A stretch of 64,000 nt of DNA from an uncultured Alphaproteobacteria bacterium. Lineage in GTDB: Bacteria; Pseudomonadota; Alphaproteobacteria; Rhodobacterales; Rhodobacteraceae. The notes beneath the pieces are model-generated. The model did no database searches, had not been told where the DNA came from, and worked only from the letters and a program-made list of their open reading frames with translations. The position numbers and the translations under genes were made by a program. Below are positions 34,132 through 42,764 of this stretch, one piece after another. The DNA lies in the NCBI GenBank assembly GCA_963781185.1, contig CAWAEL010000027.1, positions 1 through 64,000 of the forward strand, given 5' to 3'. Numbering within the stretch: position 1 is the stretch's first letter; every line of letters starts with the position of its first letter.

Positions 34132-36309
34132 ATGCCCCGCCACCTGCCCCTTTCCACCGCCGCCCCCTGGTTCCGTCTGGAGTTGGGGCCAGAGGATTGG
34201 GCCGAGGCACCGCCGCAAGACCTTGCCAACTGGTATGGCCAGATGCTGCTGATCCGCCGCTTCGAAGAACGGTTGCTGGAGTTGGAGAAGGCGGGCCTCA
34301 TCCACGGCCCCGCCCATGCCAGCATCGGACAAGAGGCCGGGGCCGTCGGCGCCATGTCGCTGCTGACTGCGTCCGACAAGATCAACGGCACCCACCGCGC
34401 CCACCATCAAGTGCTGATGAAGCTGATAGGCTCCGTCCTGCCCGCCGGGTTCGATATTCGCAACGACGCATTCACCCCCGCGATGGACGACGCCATCCAC
34501 CGCTTCATGGCCGAGATCATGGGCCTGACCCCCGGCTATTGCGGCGGCCGTGGCGGGTCCATGCACATGCGCGATGCCGCCGCTGGCATCGTCGGCACCT
34601 CTGCCATCGTCGGCGGCAACCCGCCCCATGCCGTGGGCTACGCGCTCGCCGACAAGATCCTTGGCCACGACCATATCTCTGTCACGTTCTTTGGCGACGG
34701 TGCGGCCCAGGCCGGGGCGACGTATGAGGCGATGAACATCGCCGCCGCCCAATCCCTGCCCGTCATTTTCTTCATCGAAAACAACCTCTACGCCGTCGCC
34801 ACCCGCATCAATGACGTCACCCGCGAGGTCCGGATGACCTCGCGTGGCGCCATGTTCGGCATCGCGTCGATCGAATGTGACGGCATGGACGTGCTCGCCG
34901 TCCACCTCGCCATGAAAGAGGCCCGCCGCATCATCGATGAGACCGGCGGCCCCGTGGTGATCGAGGCGATGTGCTACCGCCACCTGCACCAAAGCGGCAG
35001 CCGCACCGGCAGCGACTTCGGCTATCGCAGCGCTGAGGAAGAGGCAGAGTGGAAACTGCGCGACCCGCTGTCCCTCGCCCATTTCCACCTGTCCAACCTG
35101 AACATCCTGGCCCCCGACGACATCGCCCGCATCGACCAGATCGTGACTGAGGCCGTCGCGACAGCCGCCGCCAAACTCACCGAACAGGTGCCCGGCGGCA
35201 ACGCGCTGCGCATCCCAGACCACCTCTGGCCCGACCCCAAGACCGTCGACCACGGCATCCTTGGTGACCTCAGCGAACTGGCAGACCATCGCCAGATGAC
35301 CCACGAACAAATGGCCGACGGCCCGACCGAAAAGGTCAAATTCGTCACCGCCGCCTCTGAAACCCTCGCCGCCAACATGGCCCGCGATCCCCATATCATC
35401 GTGATGGGTGAGGATGCCCATCAGATGAAAGGCGGCGTCAGCGGCTTCACCAAAGGCGCGCTGGAACGCTGGCCCGAACGCGTCCTGCCCATGCCGATTG
35501 CCGAGAACGGCTTTACCGGCGTGGCATTGGGCGCGGCCCTGAACGGCCTGCGCCCGGTCGTGGAAATCATGTTCGGCGACTTCTGCCTCGTCGCCGCAGA
35601 CCAGATCGCCAATGGCGCGGGCAAGATCCGCCACATGTTCGGCGGCGACTTCCCGGTGCCCATCGTGATGCGCGTCCGCGTCTCACCCCATACCGGCTAC
35701 GGCTCCCAACATTCCGGCGACCCTTCCGCCCTGTTCGCGCTGTTTCCCGGCTGGCGGATCGTCTCACCCACCTCCGCGTTCGACTACATCGGCCTGATGA
35801 ACTCTGCCCTGCGCTGCAACGACCCGGTGCTGATCCTCGAACATACCGAGCTTTATCAGCGGGAGTTTGAGGTGCCCAAGGGCGACCGCGATTTCTGCAT
35901 CCCCTTCAAGTCGGCCCGCGTGGTCCGCCCCGGCACCACCTGCACGGTCCTCGCCACCTCTGTCATGGTGCATTACGCGCTGAAGGCGGTTGAAGAGAGC
36001 GGCGTCGATGCCGAGGTGATCGACGTCAGAAATCTCGATCATTTTGGCGTCGATTGGGATACCATCGGCACATCCATTGCCAAAACCGGCCGCGTGGTGA
36101 TCGCCGAACAGACCGCCCATGCCATGTCTCTCGGCGGCAAATGGGCCGCCGAAATCCAGACCCGGTTCTTTGACTGCCTTGACCACGAAATCCTGCGCGT
36201 CACTGGCAGCCTATCCTCGCCCACCGTGTCGCGGGTGCTGAACCGCGCGGCGCTTGCCACCTCTGACGATATAAAACAGGCCCTCATTACCCTTGCGGAA
36301 ACAAGCTGA
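34132..36309 (+). CDS. TPP-dependent 2-oxoacid/acetoin dehydrogenase E1 component with fused alpha and beta subunits
   Basis: The 726-aa product has an E1-alpha TPP-binding region (GDGA...NN) followed by E1-beta transketolase-like domains. The annotated 892-aa ORF includes a spurious N-terminal extension before ATG 34132. Confidence 0.8.
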   Translation: MPRHLPLSTAAPWFRLELGPEDWAEAPPQDLANWYGQMLLIRRFEERLLELEKAGLIHGPAHASIGQEAGAVGAMSLLTASDKINGTHRAHHQVLMKLIGSVLPAGFDIRNDAFTPAMDDAIHRFMAEIMGLTPGYCGGRGGSMHMRDAAAGIVGTSAIVGGNPPHAVGYALADKILGHDHISVTFFGDGAAQAGATYEAMNIAAAQSLPVIFFIENNLYAVATRINDVTREVRMTSRGAMFGIASIECDGMDVLAVHLAMKEARRIIDETGGPVVIEAMCYRHLHQSGSRTGSDFGYRSAEEEAEWKLRDPLSLAHFHLSNLNILAPDDIARIDQIVTEAVATAAAKLTEQVPGGNALRIPDHLWPDPKTVDHGILGDLSELADHRQMTHEQMADGPTEKVKFVTAASETLAANMARDPHIIVMGEDAHQMKGGVSGFTKGALERWPERVLPMPIAENGFTGVALGAALNGLRPVVEIMFGDFCLVAADQIANGAGKIRHMFGGDFPVPIVMRVRVSPHTGYGSQHSGDPSALFALFPGWRIVSPTSAFDYIGLMNSALRCNDPVLILEHTELYQREFEVPKGDRDFCIPFKSARVVRPGTTCTVLATSVMVHYALKAVEESGVDAEVIDVRNLDHFGVDWDTIGTSIAKTGRVVIAEQTAHAMSLGGKWAAEIQTRFFDCLDHEILRVTGSLSSPTVSRVLNRAALATSDDIKQALITLAETS

Positions 36310-36348
36310 AGAAGCGGCCGCATTTCACCCCCCCGACAGGAGAGAAAG

Positions 36349-37959
36349 ATGACGTTTCTGCCCAAAACCCTGATCCCGAGGCGTGCCGCCCTGATGTCGC
36401 TGGCGCTCGCCGCTGCCGTCCTTGGCCTGCACCCCGCGCCATCAACCGCGGAAGAGCGTACGCTGGTCGTCGCCCGCGACATGGACATCAACTCGCTCGA
36501 CCCGCAGCGCGGCTGGTGCGACACCTGCCAGATCTACAACACCGCCGTCTATCAGCAGCTGACCACGCTGGACAAAGACAACAAACTGATCCCGCTTCTG
36601 GCGGCCAGCTGGACCTCCAACGCCGATCAGACCGAATTCACCTTCAAACTCGACCCCGCCGCCAAGTTCTCTGACGGCACCCCGGTCGAGGCAAAGGACG
36701 TGAAATGGACCTATGAGCGGATGAAGAACCTCAAGGCCAACGCCTCCTTCCTCGCCGACAGCATCGCGTCGGTAGAGGCACCGGATGCAGGCACCGTGGT
36801 CCTGAAACTGACCATGTCCAACTCCGAACTGCCGCAACTGGTGGGCGCGCCGAACATGTCCATCCTGAATTCGGATGTGCTGATCGAACAAGGCGCCGTG
36901 GCCGATGAAACCGCCGCCGAGAAAGACGGCGCAGAGCCGTGGCTGATGACCCATTCCGCAGGCTCCGGGCCGTTCGTGCTGGAAAGCTATGAACCCAATG
37001 CCGAACTGCGCCTGAAGCGCAGCGACGCCTATTGGGGCACCGCCCCCGCCGTGCCAGAGGTGGTGTTCCGTCAGGTCAAGGACGCCGTCGCTCAGGCCCA
37101 GATGCTGCAATCTGGCACCGCCGACATCGCCATGCAGATCGACCCCGAAACCGCCAAAACGCTTGAGGGTTCTGATGTGCAGGTCGACCGCGCGGCATCG
37201 TTCAACTTCGTCTACATCGCGCTGTCGCCCGGTGCCAAGGCCAACGCGGTTGAACTGACACCAGAGGTGCGTGAGGCGATCTCCATCGCCATCGACCGTA
37301 CCGCGCTCATCGACTTCACCCTCGGTGGTGCCGGCAAACCCATCGCCACGCCGATCCCCTTGGGCTTCCCCGGCGGCGAAGGGCACGAAATCCCGGCCTA
37401 CAACCCCGACCACGCCAAGGAACTGCTGGCAGCTGCTGGCCACCCCGACGGCTTCACCATCCAGTCGACTTACCCCGACATGAACGTCTACGGCGTCGAC
37501 TTCTCGGTGATGATGCAGAAGATCCAGCAAGACCTCGCCAAAGTCGGCATCAAGGTCGAGCTGAACCCCGTCCCCTTCGCCAACTGGCGTGAGGCGGCCA
37601 ATGGCGACGGCATCCCGATGACCGCCGTATTCTACGCGCCCGACTTCTTCGGCTCGTCGCAATATGTCGACTACTTCGGCCTCGGCGCGTCGTCCGTCTG
37701 GGCCAAGCGCGCCAGCGGTGGCACGCCGCTCGACACGGTTCTCAACACCCAGATCGACGCCGTCCGCACCGCAGCCCTCGCCGCCGCCACCCCGGATGAG
37801 GCGAACAAACTGTGGTTTGAGGCTGGTGAGATGATGGCCCACGACCGCATCATCATCCCGATGATAAGCCCCGAACTGGTGCTGGCTTACGGTCCCACCA
37901 TCAAGGGCGTCCGCTACAGCGCCTGCTGCAACCTGCCGCTGGCCGAAATCAGCAACTGA
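36349..37959 (+). CDS. ABC transporter substrate-binding protein, family 5 (DppA/OppA-like), with signal peptide
   Basis: 536 aa. GGAGAGAAAG RBS. SBP_bac_5 hallmarks. Confidence 0.85.
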   Translation: MTFLPKTLIPRRAALMSLALAAAVLGLHPAPSTAEERTLVVARDMDINSLDPQRGWCDTCQIYNTAVYQQLTTLDKDNKLIPLLAASWTSNADQTEFTFKLDPAAKFSDGTPVEAKDVKWTYERMKNLKANASFLADSIASVEAPDAGTVVLKLTMSNSELPQLVGAPNMSILNSDVLIEQGAVADETAAEKDGAEPWLMTHSAGSGPFVLESYEPNAELRLKRSDAYWGTAPAVPEVVFRQVKDAVAQAQMLQSGTADIAMQIDPETAKTLEGSDVQVDRAASFNFVYIALSPGAKANAVELTPEVREAISIAIDRTALIDFTLGGAGKPIATPIPLGFPGGEGHEIPAYNPDHAKELLAAAGHPDGFTIQSTYPDMNVYGVDFSVMMQKIQQDLAKVGIKVELNPVPFANWREAANGDGIPMTAVFYAPDFFGSSQYVDYFGLGASSVWAKRASGGTPLDTVLNTQIDAVRTAALAAATPDEANKLWFEAGEMMAHDRIIIPMISPELVLAYGPTIKGVRYSACCNLPLAEISN

Positions 37960-38006
37960 TCCAACCGGGGGGCATCCGTGCCCCCCGCCTTAACCGGAGA
38001 CCGCAC

Positions 38007-39248
38007 GTGACACCCCTCCCCAACAGCCGTGACACCGAACTTCTGACCCGCGCCCGCGCTGTTGTGCCGAACGGGGTCTGGGGCCACATGGCCACCCGCG
38101 GCATCGGCCCCGGCTATCCGCAATTCTTTCAACGCGCCGACGGCTGCCGGGTCTGGGATGTCGATGGCAACGAATATATCGACTTCATGTGCGCCTGGGG
38201 CCCGAATATCCTTGGCTACGGCCACAAAGAGGTCAACGCCGCCGCCTTCGCCGAAATCGCCAAGGGTGACATCGGCAATGGCCCCGGTGAGGTGATGGTC
38301 CAACTCGCCGAACTGCTGACAGATACCATCGACCATGCCGACTGGGCGCTGTTCCAGAAGAACGGCACCGATGCCACCACCATGTCCGTCACCATCGCCC
38401 GCGCCCATACCGGACGCCGCAAGGTGCTGGTCGCCAAAGGCTCGTATCATGGCGCCGTGCCGTGGTGCTCTCCCTCCATCGTCGGCGTGACGGCTGAGGA
38501 CCGCGCCCACCTCATCCAATTCACCTACAATGACGTCGCCAGCCTTCAGGCTGCGGCGGCAGAGGCGGGTGACGACCTCGCCGCCATCCTCATCACCGCC
38601 TTCAAACATGACGTGCAGGCCGATCAGGAAATGCCGACCCAAGCCTTCCTGACAGCCGCCCGCGCGCTGTGTGACCAGACCGGGGCCGCGCTGATCTGTG
38701 ATGATGTCAGGGCAGGCTTCCGGCTGAACGTCCACGGCTCATGGTCCGAAATGGGCATCAAACCCGACCTCGCCGCCTATTCCAAATCCATCGCCAACGG
38801 CTGGCCCCTCGCCGCCATCGCGGGTGCCAACAGCTTCCGCGCCGGGGCAGAGAAGATCTTCACCACCGGCAGCTTCTGGTACGGCACCGCCGCGATGGCA
38901 GCAGGTCTCGCCACCGTCACGCTATTGCGCGACACCGACGCCCTGCCCCATATCGCCAAAATGGGCCAGATGTTCCGCGACGGCCTCACTTCCGCCGCGC
39001 AGAGCCACGGCTATACAATCCGGCAAACCGGCCCGGTCCAGATGCCCATGGTGCTGTTCGACGGCGACCGCGACCTGCGCATCGGCAATGCCTTTGGCGC
39101 CGCCGCCCTGCGCCACGGGCTTTACGTCCACCCGCGCCACAACATGTTCCTCTGCGCCGCGCATCAACCCAATGACATCGAACGCGCGTTGGATGCCGCC
39201 ATCGCCACCTTTGCCGATATTGCCGCCGCAGGTATCCGCCCCGAGTAA
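38007..39248 (+). CDS. class III aminotransferase (glutamate-1-semialdehyde aminomutase-like)
   Basis: PLP-dependent AT-III motifs. GTG start. Confidence 0.8.
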   Translation: MTPLPNSRDTELLTRARAVVPNGVWGHMATRGIGPGYPQFFQRADGCRVWDVDGNEYIDFMCAWGPNILGYGHKEVNAAAFAEIAKGDIGNGPGEVMVQLAELLTDTIDHADWALFQKNGTDATTMSVTIARAHTGRRKVLVAKGSYHGAVPWCSPSIVGVTAEDRAHLIQFTYNDVASLQAAAAEAGDDLAAILITAFKHDVQADQEMPTQAFLTAARALCDQTGAALICDDVRAGFRLNVHGSWSEMGIKPDLAAYSKSIANGWPLAAIAGANSFRAGAEKIFTTGSFWYGTAAMAAGLATVTLLRDTDALPHIAKMGQMFRDGLTSAAQSHGYTIRQTGPVQMPMVLFDGDRDLRIGNAFGAAALRHGLYVHPRHNMFLCAAHQPNDIERALDAAIATFADIAAAGIRPE

Positions 39249-39257
39249 GGCCAGCCC

Positions 39258-40220
39258 ATGCCCTATACCGACGCCATTTTCACCGGCTACCGCCAGCGCC
39301 TCGCTGATCTGAAGGCCTCAGACAACCCCTTCGCCCAAGGCATCGCCTATGTCGAAGGGGAATATGTCCCGCTGCATCAGGCCCGCATCCCGCTGCTCGA
39401 CCAAGGCTTTCTGCACTCAGACCTGACCTATGACGTGCCCGCCGTCTGGAACGGCCGCTTCTTCCGGCTGGACGACCATCTCGACCGGTTCCACGAAAGC
39501 TGCACCAAACTGCGCCTGAAAAACCCGCTCAGCCGCGAGGATACCCGCTCACGCCTCGTCGAAATGGTCGCCAAAAGCGGCATCCGCGACGCCTATGTCA
39601 TGCTGATCGTCACCCGTGGCCTGCGCTACATCCGGCAATACGCGCCTGAGGATTGCGAAAACTTCTGCTACCTGATCGTGATGCCCTACCTCTGGGTGAT
39701 GGATGAGGCGACCCAGGCCACCGGCGGCAGCGCCGTCATCGCCCGCACCGTCCACCGCATCAGCCCCGAGGCGATCGACCCCACCGTCAAGAACCTGCAA
39801 TGGGGCGATTTCACCCGTGGCATCATGGAGGCGCGGGACCGAGGTGCGATGTACCCCATCCTGACCGACGGCAACGGCAACCTGACCGAAGGCTCCGGCT
39901 TCAACATCATCATCATCAAGGACGGCACCCTGCACACACCCCGGCGCGGCGTGCTCGAAGGCGTCACCCGCAAGACGGTGATGGAGGTTGCCCGCGCCCA
40001 AGGCCTGACCACCGTGATGGATGAAATCCCGGTCAGCCTCGCCTATGAGGCGGATGAAATCCTGTTCGTCACCACCGCCGGCGGCGTCATGCCGATCACC
40101 ACGCTGGATGGCGCGCCGGTTGGCGATGGCCAAGTCGGTCCGATCTCGCAAAGCCTGTGGCAGGGCTACTGGCAAGCCCACACCGACCCCGCCCTCAGCT
40201 TTGCGGTGAATTACTACTGA
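39258..40220 (+). CDS. class IV aminotransferase (branched-chain / D-amino-acid aminotransferase family)
   Basis: 320 aa with a class IV fold signature (EGSGFNI...). Confidence 0.8.
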   Translation: MPYTDAIFTGYRQRLADLKASDNPFAQGIAYVEGEYVPLHQARIPLLDQGFLHSDLTYDVPAVWNGRFFRLDDHLDRFHESCTKLRLKNPLSREDTRSRLVEMVAKSGIRDAYVMLIVTRGLRYIRQYAPEDCENFCYLIVMPYLWVMDEATQATGGSAVIARTVHRISPEAIDPTVKNLQWGDFTRGIMEARDRGAMYPILTDGNGNLTEGSGFNIIIIKDGTLHTPRRGVLEGVTRKTVMEVARAQGLTTVMDEIPVSLAYEADEILFVTTAGGVMPITTLDGAPVGDGQVGPISQSLWQGYWQAHTDPALSFAVNYY

Positions 40221-40221
40221 C

Positions 40222-40353
40222 CGCACCAGTTGCGAACCATTCGCAACGAGGTTTCAATGTGGTTAATAGAAAAAGTTAACCCCATGATATTTAAGGATAT
40301 CATGGGGTGTCGCGCAAACGGACGCTTGCGGGAAAGGCGGGCTGAACCCCGCC
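40222..40353. other. AT-rich highly structured intergenic element with five consecutive hairpins (candidate sRNA / regulatory RNA / bidirectional terminator)
   Basis: Five hairpins read directly: GTTGCGAA-cca-TTCGCAAC; GGTTAA-N9-TTAACC; perfect CCCCATGATAT-ttaagg-ATATCATGGGG; CGCAA-N8-TTGCG; GGCGGG-ctgaac-CCCGCC. Confidence 0.4.
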
Positions 40354-41864
40354 CTACTCTGCCAATTTCGCCGCCACCATCTGACCCACAACTGCCGGAT
40401 TGGCCTTGCCCCCGGTGGCCTTCAAAACCTGCCCGGTGAACCAGCCCGCCAGCCGGGGATTGGCCCGCGCCTTTTCAACCTGCTCAGGATTTGCCGCCAT
40501 CAAGGCATCCAAAGCGGCCTCGATCGCGCCGGTATCAGTGACCTGCTTCATGCCATGCTTGGCCGCCTGCTCAGCCGGATCGCCGCCCTCAACCCACAAG
40601 ATCTCAAACAGATCCTTGGCCATCTTGCCGCTGATTTCCCCCGACCCGATCAGGTCCAGCACGCCACCCAACTGGGCCACCGAAACCGGACTGTCCGCGA
40701 TCACCAACCCCTGCTTGTTCAACCGCCCGAACAGCTCATTGATCACCCAGTTCGCCGCCGTCTTGCCGTCACGCCCCTTGGCCACCGCTTCAAAGAAGCC
40801 CGCGGATTCAAGATCAGCCGTCAGCACATTGGCGTCATAATCGGTCAACCCAAAGTCAGCCATGAACCGGGCCTTCTTCGCGTCGGGCAGTTCCGGCATC
40901 GTGGCCGCAATCTGATCGACCCACTCCTGCTCAATCTCCAGCGGCAGCAGATCGGGGCACGGGAAGTAGCGGTAATCATGCGCCTCTTCCTTGGACCGCA
41001 TCGACCGGGTTTCCCCCTTGTCAGGATCATACAGCCGGGTCTCCTGATGAACCTTGCCGCCATCCTCCAGGATCGCAATCTGACGCCGCGCCTCATAATC
41101 AATCGCCTGCGTCATGAACCGCATGGAGTTCATGTTCTTGATCTCGCAGCGCGTGCCGAGATGGCCGAAATCCTGCGTCGCCTGATACTTCTCATACTGC
41201 CCCGGACGGCAGACCGAGACGTTGACATCGGCCCGCAGGTTCCCGTTCTGCATGTTGCCGTCACAGGTCCCCAGATAGCGCAGGATCTGCCGCAGCTTGG
41301 TCACATAGGCCGTCGCTTCCTCAGGCCCCCGAATGTCGGGACGGCTGACGATCTCCATCAACGCCACACCGGTCCGGTTGAAATCGACGAAAGACATCGT
41401 CGGGTCCATGTCGTGAATGCTTTTCCCGCGTCCTGCTCCAGATGGATCCGCTCAATCCGCACCAGCCGCGCCACACCCGACACCCATCTCAACCAACACT
41501 TCACCCTCACCCACGATGGGGTGGTAAAGCTGGAGATCTGATAGCCCTGCGGCAGGTCGGGGTAGAAATAGTTCTTGCGGTCAAACGCCGAGCGCAGGTT
41601 GATCTGCGCCTTCAGCCCCAACCCAGACCGCACCGCCTGCTCGACACAATACTCATTGATGACCGGCAACATCCCCGGCATCGCCGCATCCACAAAGGCC
41701 ACGTTGGAGTTCGGCTCGGCCCCCACCTGCGTCGAGGCACCCGAAAACAGCTTGGCGTTCGATGACACCTGCGCGTGAATCTCCATCCCGATGACCAGTT
41801 CCCAGTCGTCACGGGCCCCCGCGATGACCTTGGGCTTGGGGGTGGTGTAGGTCAGATCCAGCAT
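40354..41864 (-). CDS. gatB: Asp-tRNA(Asn)/Glu-tRNA(Gln) amidotransferase subunit B; about 3 frame breaks (41395-41500)
   Basis: [33 protein letters not shown]-terminus. Full GatB/YqeY domains are present but split across ORFs. Confidence 0.85.
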
Positions 41865-42040
41865 GGCAATCTCCGATTGGTCTGAGGCTCTTTTAGGTTG
41901 GGCGGGCCTGCGGGGCAAGGTCCGCGATGGCGGAAACATGCCGATCAACAGCCTTCTGCGGGGTGCCGAGGTTTCCGAATCATCTCACGACAGCCATCAC
42001 CCGCAAGCCGTACCAGAAACGGTGTTGCCCATGGACGCGG

Positions 42041-42637
42041 ATGCTTTTCAAGACCCTACAATCGGCCGCTGTGTTTGTGACACTTCTCGGTGCCTGTGCT
42101 GGCACCAGTTTTGCTGACACCAAAAAGTCCGGCACCCTGCCCCCGATGCGCTGGGATGCGCGGGCTGAGGCGGCAAGTTGGACCCAACAGGCCCTCTTCC
42201 TCGTCGCCGAGCAGGACAAATATCTGGCCAACCGCGTCCCCGCCGACATCATCACCTTCTGCCCCAATTATGCCAGTGCCAGCTTGGCCGACCGCCGCGC
42301 CTTCTGGGTCGGCCTGTTGTCGGCCACCGCCAAGCATGAAAGCGGCTTCAACCCCCGCGCTTCGGGCGGCGGCGGGCGCTATATCGGGTTGATGCAGATC
42401 TCCCCCAAGACCGCCTCGCACAGCCACTGCGACGCCGACAGCAGTGCAGAGTTGAAGGATGGCGCTGCCAATCTGGAATGCGCCATTCAGATCATGGCCC
42501 CCAATGTCGCCCAGGATGGTGTGGTGGCGGGCAAGGGCAGTCGTGGCATCGGTCGCGACTGGGGCCCGTTCCACAAAAGCTCTAAACGCGCCGACATCGC
42601 CGCATGGACTGCCAAGCAGCCCTATTGCAGGGCCTGA
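42041..42637 (+). CDS. small secreted lytic transglycosylase-like (SLT-domain) protein, probable lipoprotein
   Basis: Signal peptide with LLGAC lipobox-like motif. ESGFNPRA...GLMQI SLT catalytic motif. Confidence 0.55.
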   Translation: MLFKTLQSAAVFVTLLGACAGTSFADTKKSGTLPPMRWDARAEAASWTQQALFLVAEQDKYLANRVPADIITFCPNYASASLADRRAFWVGLLSATAKHESGFNPRASGGGGRYIGLMQISPKTASHSHCDADSSAELKDGAANLECAIQIMAPNVAQDGVVAGKGSRGIGRDWGPFHKSSKRADIAAWTAKQPYCRA

Positions 42638-42657
42638 CCCCGTCAAATCACCCACCA

Positions 42658-42673
42658 CAGCCCTTTCGGGCTG
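42658..42673 (+). terminator. hairpin CAGCCC-tttc-GGGCTG after the transglycosylase gene
   Basis: Read directly. No strong U-tract. Confidence 0.3.
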
Positions 42674-42704
42674 ATCGCAAGGCCGCTGGCATGTGACCAA
42701 CAGG

Positions 42705-42734
42705 CTCCATATCCGGCGAAGGCCGGATATGGAG
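42705..42734 (-). terminator. perfect 13-bp-stem hairpin CTCCATATCCGGC-gaag-GCCGGATATGGAG downstream of pepN
   Basis: Read directly. It lies between convergent genes. No U-tract, which is common for high-GC intrinsic terminators. Confidence 0.4.
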
Positions 42735-42764
42735 AGAACCGCTTGCCCGCAGGGCTCCGCCAGA

